Assembly (NCBI GenBank): GCA_018302745.1 | Contig: JAGVZH010000014.1 | Span: 1 to 37,235, forward strand | Direction: 5' to 3' | DNA length: 37,235 bases | Origin: Candidatus Woesearchaeota archaeon | Lineage (GTDB): Archaea > Nanobdellota > Nanobdellia > SCGC-AAA011-G17 > JAGVZH01 | Shown here: positions 6,566-16,049 of the stretch, in pieces | Position numbering within the stretch: position 1 is the stretch's first letter | How the letters are laid out: every line of letters begins with the position of its first letter | Notes under the pieces: model-generated | Told to the model about the DNA's origin: nothing | Databases searched by the model: none | The model's input: only the letters and a program-made list of their open reading frames with translations | Translations under genes and position numbers: made by a program

Positions 6566-8339
6566 AATGACTAAAAAAGTTGCAGCAATAGTTGAAAGAA
6601 ACAAATGCCATCCTGACAAATGCCAGCATGAATGCATTAAATATGATCCTATAAACAGGTCTGGCAAAGGGGAAGGCTTTCATATAGGACCTCATGGAAA
6701 AGCAGAGATTTTTGATGAAGTTGTTTCTGAAATCCACAGGATATCTGCCAACAAATGCCCTTTTGAAGCAATTCATATTGTAAAGCTTCCGCAAAAATTA
6801 GAAAATCCTCTTCATAAATACGGGCAGAACGCTTTTGAGTTATATTCCTTGCCTTTGATTAAAGAAAATACAATTGTAGGGATAATAGGAAGGAACGGTA
6901 TAGGCAAATCTACTGCCTTAAACATTCTTTCTGGAAATTTAAAGCCTAATTTAGGAAATTTCAAAGGAGAATCTGAAGAAGAGAATATTCTAAATTATTT
7001 TGCAAAAACCCACCTGAAGGATTATTTCAGGAAATTATTTGATAAAAAAATAAAAGTCGCTTACAAGCCTCAAAGAGTAGAGTTGATACCTTCAATGTAT
7101 AAAGGCAGTGTTATCAATTTACTGGAAAAACATGATGATAAAAAGCTTGCTGATGAATTATTGAAAGAATTGGATTTAAGTGAAATAAAAAACCATGATA
7201 TCTCAAAAATCTCTGGAGGCGAACTTCAAAGGGTAGCAATAATTGCTTCACTAATAAAAGATTCAGATGTGATTTATTTGGATGAGCCAGCCTCTTTCCT
7301 TGACATAACTTACAGGATAAAAGTCGCTAAGTTGATAAGGGAATTTGCAAAAAATACATCGACTTTGGTAGTTGAGCATGACTTGGCAACTTTAGACTAC
7401 ATTTCTGATGAGATTCAAATAGCTTACGGAGAGCATGCATGTTATGGTGTATTTTCACAGTCAAAAGGAGTAAGAAGAGGGATAAATGAATACTTAGACG
7501 GCTATCTGCCTGATGAGAATATAAGATTCAGAGATTATAAAATTGATTTCTCAATACCTCAGATACAAGCTTTGAAATCTGAAGTTTTAGCTTCTTTTCC
7601 TGGATTCGAAAAGTCTTATGAAAAATTCAGATTAAAAGTGAATGAAGCTGAATTTAAAAAATCCCAGGTATTGGCAGTAATGGGTTCAAATGGATTAGGA
7701 AAAACTACTTTTTTAAAAATATTAGCAGGAATAGAAAGTCCGGATAACACAAAGATAGAGCCTTTGTCAATTTCTTACAAACCGCAATACATAGAAGTTA
7801 TTGATGGCACAATAGAAGAGCATTTGAGAAAAGTATCTGGAAGCTTGTTTGATTCAGGATGGTACCAGCAGAATATCTTAGAAAAATTAAATCTAAAGCC
7901 AATAATGAAAAATGAAATAAATTTCTTGTCTGGAGGAGAGCTTCAAAAATTTTACGTTGCATTAACATTATCAAGGGATTCTAAAATAATGGCTTTTGAT
8001 GAGCCTTCTGCTTTTATAGATACAGAAGACAGATTAAAAGTAGCAGAAGTGATAAAAGAATTTACTCAGAAAAAAGAAGTCTCTACTGTTGTTGTAGATC
8101 ATGACATCCAATTCATAGATTATATTGCTGATTCAATGCTGGTTTTTGAAGGAATCCCATCAAAGGAGGGTAATGTCTATGGGCCTTTGACAAAAAAAGA
8201 TGGCATGAATAAAGTTCTAAAAAATTTGGGCATTACTTATAGAAAAGACAAAACTACTTTCAGACCTAGAATAAACAAGCCGCAATCCCAGGTAGATGAG
8301 CAGCAAAAAAAGAATGAGGAATACTATTTGGTCAGTTAA
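6558..8339 (+). CDS. abcE1: ABCE1 / RNase L inhibitor-type ribosome recycling ATPase
   Basis: 593 aa. It has an N-terminal ferredoxin-like region ending in CPFEAIHIVKLP. Two ABC cassettes are present: Walker A GRNGIGKST and GSNGLGKTT, signature LSGGELQ twice, and Walker B IYLDEP / MAFDEP. Confidence 0.9.
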   Translation: MGKMTKKVAAIVERNKCHPDKCQHECIKYDPINRSGKGEGFHIGPHGKAEIFDEVVSEIHRISANKCPFEAIHIVKLPQKLENPLHKYGQNAFELYSLPLIKENTIVGIIGRNGIGKSTALNILSGNLKPNLGNFKGESEEENILNYFAKTHLKDYFRKLFDKKIKVAYKPQRVELIPSMYKGSVINLLEKHDDKKLADELLKELDLSEIKNHDISKISGGELQRVAIIASLIKDSDVIYLDEPASFLDITYRIKVAKLIREFAKNTSTLVVEHDLATLDYISDEIQIAYGEHACYGVFSQSKGVRRGINEYLDGYLPDENIRFRDYKIDFSIPQIQALKSEVLASFPGFEKSYEKFRLKVNEAEFKKSQVLAVMGSNGLGKTTFLKILAGIESPDNTKIEPLSISYKPQYIEVIDGTIEEHLRKVSGSLFDSGWYQQNILEKLNLKPIMKNEINFLSGGELQKFYVALTLSRDSKIMAFDEPSAFIDTEDRLKVAEVIKEFTQKKEVSTVVVDHDIQFIDYIADSMLVFEGIPSKEGNVYGPLTKKDGMNKVLKNLGITYRKDKTTFRPRINKPQSQVDEQQKKNEEYYLVS

Positions 8340-8648
8340 AACTTTTAATCATAAATTTTGTTTATATACCCCTTCATCTTATAGTAGAAACAGTTTACAG
8401 AGGGAAAAAATTTACTACTTCTGAATGTTCTGAAAAAGATTTTCCGTTCTGCAAAATATAATTTCCAAATTGAATTTGTTTATAAACAAGCTTTACTACC
8501 AAAACTTAAAAGAGGTGCAAAATTGTACGGTGTGGATTGGAAAGAGTTTAAGGCTAACAAGCAATTAAATCAGTTTATTGATGAGCAAAAAGATGATTCT
8601 GAGGAAGAAGGGGAAACTTTTTAAATCTTTTTTTCTTATATTATTCTT

Positions 8649-8954
8649 ATGGACGGCTTTATAGAAATCACTACAAAAGATAGAATACCAAATGGCCAGG
8701 GAAGAATGTTTGAGGTAAAAGGCATCCCTATAGCAATATTCAACATTGATGGAGAATTTTATGCAATAAATAACACATGCCCTCACAGGGCTGGCAATTT
8801 ATCAGAAGGTTATCTTTCTGGATCTATTGTAACATGCCCGTTGCATGCATGGGAGTTTGATGTTAAATCCGGAAATTCTCCGGCAGGAAATAATATAAAA
8901 GTAGCTTCTTACAAAGTAAAAATAGAAGGAGATAAGATTTTAGTTTCTTTATAA
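8649..8954 (+). CDS. Rieske [2Fe-2S] domain protein (NirD-like small ferredoxin)
   Basis: 101 aa. The Rieske ligand boxes CPHRAGNL and CPLHAWEF are present. Confidence 0.8.
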   Translation: MDGFIEITTKDRIPNGQGRMFEVKGIPIAIFNIDGEFYAINNTCPHRAGNLSEGYLSGSIVTCPLHAWEFDVKSGNSPAGNNIKVASYKVKIEGDKILVSL

Positions 8955-8955
8955 A

Positions 8956-9516
8956 ATGGGGATTTTAACATACAGTCTGCCAAGAAATTCTGATGTTGTA
9001 ACAGATATTATTGACCATATTCCCAAAAATTGGGGAGGAATGGAAGGTTTTTTTGTCTCGCCAAGAGAAGTTTACGGATTAGGGAATAGAAAATTTTTAG
9101 ACTTATCTGATATTATTGCTGTAAGACCAATTTCAGATTTATTGGAAGATTGTGAAGAAAACAGAAGAAAGGAATCACTAAATGGGCAGGGATATTTTGA
9201 TGCTGTAAGGATTAACAGAGAATTTGAGGATAACATCAAAGAAACCAGGCTTTTAAGAAAGTACATTAAAGCTTGTTTAGAACAAAATTATATCGGCTAT
9301 TTTTATCTTTATAATGCTTTCCTGCCGAAAAAGTTTTTAACTGCAGAGAAAGTTCTTAAATTTTCAAATAGGATATATGACAGAAAAGTTCAGCTTAAAT
9401 TCCGAAGCAAAGAGGATATTTTAGGCTTCAACAGAGAAGATAATATTGAAGATATAAAGGATATAATGGATTTAAAAAAATATTTCAATGAACTGAAATT
9501 AAAAAAAATTAACTAA
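8956..9516 (+). CDS. Hypothetical protein
   Basis: 186-aa ORF packed tightly between the Rieske and DHS genes, sharing 1 nt with the DHS start. No motif recognised. Confidence 0.45.
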   Translation: MGILTYSLPRNSDVVTDIIDHIPKNWGGMEGFFVSPREVYGLGNRKFLDLSDIIAVRPISDLLEDCEENRRKESLNGQGYFDAVRINREFEDNIKETRLLRKYIKACLEQNYIGYFYLYNAFLPKKFLTAEKVLKFSNRIYDRKVQLKFRSKEDILGFNREDNIEDIKDIMDLKKYFNELKLKKIN

Positions 9517-10433
9517 TGAAAGCAATAAAGCATGTTAATGTGGAAAAAGGAATGAAAATTAATGATTTAATTAAAGAATTTTCCAATTCCAATGTAATGC
9601 AGGCTGGTAAATTAGCTAAAGCGGTTGATATTCTGGAAAAGATGATTAAGGACAAAGACTGCAAGGTGTTTTTCGGCCAGGCAGGTGCGTTAGTTCCTGG
9701 TGGAATGAAAAATTTGATTCTTGACTTGATAAGAAACAAATGGGTAGATATTTTTGTTACAACAGGGGCAACCTTAACTCATGACTTAATTGAAGCTTTA
9801 GGCTATGAGCATTACCAAGGAGATGAAAATGCTGATGATGAGGAGCTGAATAAAAAAGGGCTGTATAGGATGTACAACAGCTATATGGACAACAGAGCCT
9901 ATCAAAAAATTGAGGATTTTATTAAAGAAAATTTTGATGAATTGAGCAAAGCAAAAAAAATAAATGATTTTTTAAAAATCTTAGGAAGCAAAGTTAAACA
10001 TAAGGATTCAATTTTGAGAGCCTGTTATGAAAACAATATCCCCATATTTTGTCCTGCTTTAAGTGATTCTGGATTAGGATTGATGGTATGGGGGCAGCTA
10101 ACACAAGGCAAGGAAGTTTCTGTAGGAGCATTTGATGATCTAAAAGACATTTTGGACATAGCTTGGACAAGCAAAAAATCAGGTGTTTTTTATTTGGGAG
10201 GCGGAGTTCCTAAAAATTATATTCAGCAGGCAATGCAGTTCAGCAAGGAAGCTGCTTATGGAGTTCAAGTAACAATGGACAAGGCTGAATTTGGAGGAAG
10301 CTCTGGCGCTTCATTAAAAGAAGGAATAAGCTGGGGAAAGATGCAGAGCCATGCGGATTTTGTTGATGTCAAAGTTGACTCTACTATTGCTTTACCATTA
10401 ATTATTGCCAGCTTAAAAGAAAGATTACTATAA
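9516..10433 (+). CDS. dys: Deoxyhypusine synthase
   Basis: 305 aa. DHS motifs are present: VFFGQAGALVPGGM, TTGATLTHD and GGGVPKNYIQQ. Confidence 0.88.
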   Translation: MKAIKHVNVEKGMKINDLIKEFSNSNVMQAGKLAKAVDILEKMIKDKDCKVFFGQAGALVPGGMKNLILDLIRNKWVDIFVTTGATLTHDLIEALGYEHYQGDENADDEELNKKGLYRMYNSYMDNRAYQKIEDFIKENFDELSKAKKINDFLKILGSKVKHKDSILRACYENNIPIFCPALSDSGLGLMVWGQLTQGKEVSVGAFDDLKDILDIAWTSKKSGVFYLGGGVPKNYIQQAMQFSKEAAYGVQVTMDKAEFGGSSGASLKEGISWGKMQSHADFVDVKVDSTIALPLIIASLKERLL

Positions 10434-10525
10434 AAATAGTCTAGCAGAAGAAATAGTTATTAAAAATCTCATTGTGAATCCTGCTGTTTTTATCTTTTAG
10501 TAATTTAATAAAGAAAATAAAAAAA

Positions 10526-11338
10526 TTATTTCTTGGAATTTTTAGATAAGCCATTCCATACCATTTCATACATATCCTGCATTGCAGATGTAAAGTATGG
10601 AGTATTTACCCAGACTCCCAAGTCATAACTTGGATGAACTTCATCATCATCCAAAACCATGAACAATAGTTCCTTGCCGTCAATCAAAGCAAACCTTGCC
10701 TTGATATTCTTTAAATTCCTTATCTCTGCTATCTTGCTTAAGTCTTTTGCAGCTTCCTGGCTTTCCTTGTTTATTGGGGCAGCTATTTTAATTTTAACTC
10801 CTTTTTTAGCAGCTTTTTCCAATTCAGGCTTCAAAGCATCTACTTTTCTTGCCAATCCCTTAGAAGTCGTCATTAAATGGATGCTTTTTTGAGCATTCTT
10901 GATCATTGTCTCCATATGAACATAAAGATTCTGCCTTCCCCTTAACGCTCCGCTTAAATCACTAGGCTCTATATACTGTATTCCTTGAGTGTGAAGAAGA
11001 TTCAATTCCTTTAAAACATCAGTCCCTCTTAGATTATCTAACTTCTTGACATCGTCATCTGCATCTACTCTGATTAATTTCTTTACTCTTTCTACAACTT
11101 CAAGAGGCTCAACAGCAGTATATTTTATAGGCTTGCCTAACTTCATAACAACAAAGCCTTTTTTTTCTAAGCTTTCCAGAACATCGTATGCTCTTGATCT
11201 AGGAACATCGCCAATGTCGCTTAGTTCGCCTGCTGTGCTAACCCCTCTTGACAACAACGCAGTCCATATTCGGACTTCATATAAATTTAGATGAAAATAT
11301 TGCCTTAGTTTATTTAAAAACTCCTCTTTTACAATCAT
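10526..11338 (-). CDS. TrmB-family transcriptional regulator
   Basis: 270 aa. The N-terminal wHTH NLYEVRIWTALLSRGVSTAGELSDIGDVPRSRAYDVLESLEKKGFV is typical of TrmB. Confidence 0.8.
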   Translation of the reverse strand: MIVKEEFLNKLRQYFHLNLYEVRIWTALLSRGVSTAGELSDIGDVPRSRAYDVLESLEKKGFVVMKLGKPIKYTAVEPLEVVERVKKLIRVDADDDVKKLDNLRGTDVLKELNLLHTQGIQYIEPSDLSGALRGRQNLYVHMETMIKNAQKSIHLMTTSKGLARKVDALKPELEKAAKKGVKIKIAAPINKESQEAAKDLSKIAEIRNLKNIKARFALIDGKELLFMVLDDDEVHPSYDLGVWVNTPYFTSAMQDMYEMVWNGLSKNSKK

Positions 11339-11506
11339 TTATCGCACCTTCCCCGCATGTTTTTCCAGTCTATTAAAAGGAGTCAACACAAAAACCTATG
11401 TCAATTATAAACCACCCCTCTTAAGATACTACTGGATACTAATCATAACCTATATATAAATGTTATTATTGTTTAGTTTATATATCCATATCCCTATTTT
11501 AGAGTT

Positions 11507-12115
11507 TTAATTTTTCTTTTTTTTCTTGTTCTCATTAATCTTCTTTTTAATTTTACTGCTTAGCTCTTTTAAGATTTTATTTTCTACTTCAAGATTTCCC
11601 CATCTTTCAAAATAAACAATTTTATTAAGGTCAACTTTTAAAGAAGCTCTTGCTTTTTTATCGCTGTATCCCAAAGTTATTATTACTTCTGGATTCGTAT
11701 CTTCAGGAATTCTAAGCTCTCTTTTCAGCGCCTTGCTCTCAAATGTGTCTACCCAACAGGTGCCTACTCCAAGAGAATTTGCCCTTATCAGCATGTTTTG
11801 GACAGCAGCAGAAATAGTCTGCATTGCATACTTATCAGCTCTTTTTCCGTAATATGATTTTAAAGTAGTCTTGTTGCTGCAGACAACCAAAACAGCAGGA
11901 GCTTGAGATATCCAGCTTTGCTTCATAGCTAATCTTGCTATTTTATTCTTTACCCTTTCATCCTTAACAACAATAACTCTCCATAACTGGATATTACCTG
12001 CAGAAGGGGCATATCTTCCGGCATCAATAATTTCTTCTATAGTGCTTAATCCAATGTCTTTATCTTTATACTCTCTGACACTTCTTCTTGTTATGATAGC
12101 TTCTCTTGCATCCAT
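11507..12115 (-). CDS. Nitroreductase-family protein
   Basis: 202 aa. ITRRSVREY and APSAGNIQLWR are present. It has a Lys-rich tail. Confidence 0.8.
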   Translation of the reverse strand: MDAREAIITRRSVREYKDKDIGLSTIEEIIDAGRYAPSAGNIQLWRVIVVKDERVKNKIARLAMKQSWISQAPAVLVVCSNKTTLKSYYGKRADKYAMQTISAAVQNMLIRANSLGVGTCWVDTFESKALKRELRIPEDTNPEVIITLGYSDKKARASLKVDLNKIVYFERWGNLEVENKILKELSSKIKKKINENKKKKKN

Positions 12116-12155
12116 AAGATAAATAAAACAATTAGAATATAAAAAGGTTTTGTAA

Positions 12156-12476
12156 TTAAACTTTTACATGTTGTCTAATTTTAGTGCTTATTCTTTCAAG
12201 TTCTGATTCTATTCTGCTTCTCATAAGCTCTTCTGCATCAGTTATTTGGTCTTCTATGTCTATAAATTTTTCTTCTTCTCCTGAGATTCTAACAATGACA
12301 TTTTCCCGCTTATCCAAAATGTATGTTATGGTTGTGTTATTAAATACCCATTCTTGGTAATTGTCAAGACCTATAGAAACTTTTTTAAATTGAAAAATTT
12401 GAGAGATTGTCCTATCAAAACTTTTTGGCCTGTAAGGAAATCTTCCAGAAATACCTTGATAAAATATTTTTTCCAT
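12156..12476 (-). CDS. Hypothetical protein
   Basis: 106-aa ORF with no motif. Confidence 0.4.
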   Translation of the reverse strand: MEKIFYQGISGRFPYRPKSFDRTISQIFQFKKVSIGLDNYQEWVFNNTTITYILDKRENVIVRISGEEEKFIDIEDQITDAEELMRSRIESELERISTKIRQHVKV

Positions 12477-12550
12477 GTCAATTTTTTAAATCAGATATTT
12501 ATAAAGCTTGCTATCAATAATTTTTTAAACTCTTGTATCCCTAAATAAGT

Positions 12551-14386
12551 ATGCTTTACAAACAACTGGCAGAAGTGTATTCTGAATTAGAATCAACTTC
12601 AAAAAGATTAAAGAAAACTTATATAATAGCTAATTTTTTAAAAAATGTTTCTGAGAAAGATATTGAACATATAACATATTTAATACAAGGCTTGATATTT
12701 CCTTTGTGGGAAGAGAAAAAAATTGGATTCTCAACACAATTAATGCAGAAAGCAATAGCATCTTCAACAGGATCATCATTAAAAGAAGTAGAAGGATTAT
12801 GGAAAAAGACAGGCGATTTGGGATTAGTTGCAGAAGATTTAAGCAGACAAAGGAAACAAAAAACTTTATTCTCAAAAGAATTAACAACAAAAAAAGTGTT
12901 TGATAATTTAAGGACTTTAGCAACTTTAGAAGGTATTGGAACAGTAAATAAAAAAATTTCCTTAGTGTCTGAACTATTAACATCAGCTTCTCCCATTGAG
13001 GCAAAGTACATAACAAGAACTGTATTGGAACAATTAAGAATTGGGGTAGCAGAAGGGACTTTAAGGGATTCCATTGTATGGTGCTATTTTCCTAAGCTGG
13101 AAAAGATTTCAAACAAAGAGTATGACAAATTAAAAAATGGTAAGAAGTTAAAAGTAAATTCTTTGGAAGAGATAAAAGATTATGAAAATTATGAATTAAT
13201 AGAAACAGAAGATGAGAAAAATGCAAGGGAAATTTATAATTTTTTTATCAAAAAAGTCCAGAAAGCTTATGATCTATGCAATGATTTTTCTTTAGTAACA
13301 AAAACTTTGGTTGAAAAAGGAATTAAAGGACTAGATGGTATAAAAATTAAAGTTCATACTCCAATCCAGGTTATGCTGCCAATTAGAGTTGAAAATTTGG
13401 AAGAATCTTTCAAAGACTTAGGAGGGAAAATACAGATAGAACAAAAATTTGATGGATTTAGGGTTGAAGTGCATTATGATGGTAAAAAATTCTCTTTATT
13501 CACAAGAAGATTAGAGAATGTTACAACTCAATTCTCAGAATTAATCCCAATATTAAAAAAGCATGTCTCGGGAAAAAACTATATTCTCGATACAGAGGTA
13601 GTCGGCTATGACCCAAAAACTAAAAAATACCTGCCTTTCCAGAATATTTCTCAAAGAATAAAGAGAAAATATGATATTGATGAAATTGCAAAGAAAATTC
13701 CAGTTGAAATAAATGTTTTTGACATTGTTTATTATAATGATAAAAGCCTGATGAATCTTCCTCTAAATGAAAGAAGGAAAATTCTGGAAAAGGCTGTTAA
13801 GGATTCAAAATTAAAAATCGCAAAATCCCCCTATATAATAGCTTCTTCATTAAAAGAGGCTGAAAAGTTCTATAAAGAATGTCTAAAATCAGGACTAGAA
13901 GGCATTGTAATCAAAAAAATTGATTCAAGATACAGGCCAGGAAGATATGTTAGTGGATGGCAGAAATTAAAGCCAGTTTTAGAAACTCTGGATTTAGTGA
14001 TAATCAAGTCTGAATGGGGGGAAGGCAAGAGATCTGACTGGTTGTCTTCTTATACAGTAGCATGCCAAAAAGATGGCAAATTTTTAGAAGTTGGAAAAGT
14101 CTCTACTGGATTAAAGGAAAAGAAAGAAGAAGGATTAAGCTTTGAGCAATTAACTAAAATGTTAAGGCCTTTGGTAAAATCAACGAAAGGAAAGGAAGTT
14201 ACTGTTAAGCCTTCTATTATAATAGAGGTTGCTTTTGAAGAAATACAAAAATCTCCAAAGTATGATTCTGGTTTTGGCTTGAGATTTCCAGTTATCAAAA
14301 GGATAAGATTTGACAAGGGTTTAGAAGATGTTTCTGATTTGGATTTAGTCAAGAAAATTTATGAATCGCAAAAAGGAAAGAAATAA
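12551..14386 (+). CDS. lig: ATP-dependent DNA ligase
   Basis: 611 aa. The adenylation motif is EQKFDGFRVEVH (catalytic Lys). EGIVIKK and WQKLKP motifs are also present. Confidence 0.9.
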   Translation: MLYKQLAEVYSELESTSKRLKKTYIIANFLKNVSEKDIEHITYLIQGLIFPLWEEKKIGFSTQLMQKAIASSTGSSLKEVEGLWKKTGDLGLVAEDLSRQRKQKTLFSKELTTKKVFDNLRTLATLEGIGTVNKKISLVSELLTSASPIEAKYITRTVLEQLRIGVAEGTLRDSIVWCYFPKLEKISNKEYDKLKNGKKLKVNSLEEIKDYENYELIETEDEKNAREIYNFFIKKVQKAYDLCNDFSLVTKTLVEKGIKGLDGIKIKVHTPIQVMLPIRVENLEESFKDLGGKIQIEQKFDGFRVEVHYDGKKFSLFTRRLENVTTQFSELIPILKKHVSGKNYILDTEVVGYDPKTKKYLPFQNISQRIKRKYDIDEIAKKIPVEINVFDIVYYNDKSLMNLPLNERRKILEKAVKDSKLKIAKSPYIIASSLKEAEKFYKECLKSGLEGIVIKKIDSRYRPGRYVSGWQKLKPVLETLDLVIIKSEWGEGKRSDWLSSYTVACQKDGKFLEVGKVSTGLKEKKEEGLSFEQLTKMLRPLVKSTKGKEVTVKPSIIIEVAFEEIQKSPKYDSGFGLRFPVIKRIRFDKGLEDVSDLDLVKKIYESQKGKK

Positions 14387-14470
14387 TTATCTTTTTAAGT
14401 TTCTTTGTGTTCTATATAAGATTAAATAATTCTTTAATTTAATAGATATTTACGATTTCAAAAGTATATA

Positions 14471-14512
14471 ATAAAAAAGAAAGAAGAATGGCTAATGCCC
14501 TAAGGCATTAGC
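14471..14512 (-). terminator. Hairpin plus T-tract downstream of ftsZ
   Basis: A perfect 9-bp inverted repeat gctaatgcc / ggcattagc (14491-14499 / 14504-14512) has a 4-nt loop. On the minus strand it is followed by ttcttctttctttttt. Confidence 0.4.
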
Positions 14513-14590
14513 ACAAACCACCACATCAATGAAGGGCACGTTGAATTTTGGGGGGGTGTTAGTTAAAATTAGCAAGTGCCCTCATGATAA

Positions 14591-15664
14591 TTAAAGCAGA
14601 TCAATGCCCAAGTCTCTGCTCATTACCTGAGCTTCACGGCTTGGTTTTGTTGGATCTGTCTTACCCAGGATGTATGGTGAGTTTACGCCTGCAACAATTG
14701 TCATCACTCTTAATCTTCCCTTCATGGAGTCGTCAACTCTGGCTCCCCAGATTACATTTGCATCTGGATCCAAGCCTTCTGTTATTAATTCACCAATCTT
14801 GCTTACCTCATCCAAAGTTAAGTCTGGTCCGCCTGCTACATGAATTAATGCACCAGTTGCACCTTCATAACTTACATCCAACAAAGGATTGTTCATTGCT
14901 CTTCTTACAGCTTCCTCTACTCTGGAATCTTGCCTGTCAGATTCTCCAACACCGACAGCACATACTCCACCGGACTTCATAATTGCCCTTACATCTGCAT
15001 AATCTAAGTTAACCAATGATGGAATTGCTATAGTCTCTACTATTCCTTTTATCATTGTAGAAATCAATTCATTAGCTACTGCAAATGCCTGTCCAATAGG
15101 CAAATTTCCTGCAATGTTGACTAATCTATTGTTATCTATTACAATTACGCTATCACAAACTTGTCTTAGTTGCTGTAATCCAAACTCTGCCTTGTCTATT
15201 CTTGCTCTTTCAATGTCAAAAGGCATTGTTACAGTTCCGATTACAATTGCTCCTATTTCTTTTGCAACTTGTGCTATAATTGGAGTTGCACCTGTAGCAG
15301 TTCCTCCTCCTAATCCACCGCATACAAATACCATGTCTGCTGCTCTAAGAGTCTCTTTTAACTCTGTCATACTTTCTTTTGCAGCATCTCTGGCAACATT
15401 AGGAAATCCTCCTGCTCCCAGTCCTTTAGTTAAATCTCTTCCGATTAGAATTTTTTTGTCTGCTTCATGAACATCTAAATGTTGTTGATCAGTATTAACG
15501 GCTATGATTTCAGCACCCTGAATACCTTTCTTGTATAGCCATGTTGTGGCATTTCCTCCACCACCGCCTACACCAACTACTTTTATATTTGCCTGACCTA
15601 CTTGGAAGTTAACTTGTTTTGTTTCTTCCTGCCTTTTCAACGCATCTTGGATGATAAACTCCAT
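14591..15664 (-). CDS. ftsZ: Cell division GTPase FtsZ
   Basis: 357 aa. It has GVGGGGGNA, NTDQQHL and the tubulin signature region GGLGGGTATGATPIIA. Confidence 0.92.
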   Translation of the reverse strand: MEFIIQDALKRQEETKQVNFQVGQANIKVVGVGGGGGNATTWLYKKGIQGAEIIAVNTDQQHLDVHEADKKILIGRDLTKGLGAGGFPNVARDAAKESMTELKETLRAADMVFVCGGLGGGTATGATPIIAQVAKEIGAIVIGTVTMPFDIERARIDKAEFGLQQLRQVCDSVIVIDNNRLVNIAGNLPIGQAFAVANELISTMIKGIVETIAIPSLVNLDYADVRAIMKSGGVCAVGVGESDRQDSRVEEAVRRAMNNPLLDVSYEGATGALIHVAGGPDLTLDEVSKIGELITEGLDPDANVIWGARVDDSMKGRLRVMTIVAGVNSPYILGKTDPTKPSREAQVMSRDLGIDLL

Positions 15665-15858
15665 TTTTTTATTTTTTCCCCCTTTTCAGGTTTTTTTTTG
15701 AATATTGAGTCTCCATTAGCTCTACCAAAAGATTTATATATTAGTAAAGCTACATCTTTTTAGAAAGAGTTTTAATTTGCCCAAAAACTTTAAAGCTCTT
15801 AAAGTCCAAAAGTCTAACTAAGAACGCCCAATTCAATGTTAGATTCAACACAACTTAA

Positions 15859-15881
15859 GTTTTTGACGCCCAATCAAAAAC
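15859..15881. promoter_or_regulatory. Perfect 8-bp inverted repeat in the ftsZ-gatD divergent intergenic region
   Basis: gtttttga (15859-15866) and tcaaaaac (15874-15881) flank cgcccaa. The 9-mer acgcccaat occurs at both 15824-15832 and 15866-15874. Confidence 0.3.
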
Positions 15882-16049
15882 GACAAGTTTTTACTTTATT
15901 TCTCTACAACAGATTAATATTTAAATATTATTGAAGTTTAAGATATATTTTCCAAAATTTATTTTCAAGAATATAATAAATATTTTCTTCTTTTAATAAA
16001 AAATTAATTTTAAATTCTGTTTCACAAGATTTTTATATCCGGCAATTAC

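Noticed and set aside
12619-13074. Long antisense or alternative-frame ORFs in the track. Examples are 64..354, 1136..1330, 1561..1884, 1675..1857, 2318..2506, 3533..3805, 6441..6794, 8565..8786, 9509..9739, 12619..13074, 12630..13016, 14584..14982, 15114..15470, 20103..20429, 21146..21532, 25758..26144, 26630..26911 and 30537..30827.
   Set aside because: Each lies fully inside, and opposite to or out of frame with, a gene that has clear family motifs. Their sequences are low-complexity (Leu/Ile/Phe/Ser-rich), as expected for shadows of AT-rich coding DNA.
15290-15310. The tubulin signature reads GGGTATG instead of the usual GGGTG(T/S)G.
   Set aside because: This is a single conservative Gly-to-Ala change. 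Without an alignment of related FtsZ sequences I cannot say it is unusual, and the rest of the GTPase motifs look normal.
14591-15664. Elevated GC of ftsZ as evidence of a second foreign segment.
   Set aside because: The rise is confined to a Gly/Ala/Val-rich, highly conserved protein, and third positions still favour A/T (for example gga, gca, gtt, aca). The flanks show no truncated genes or junctions.
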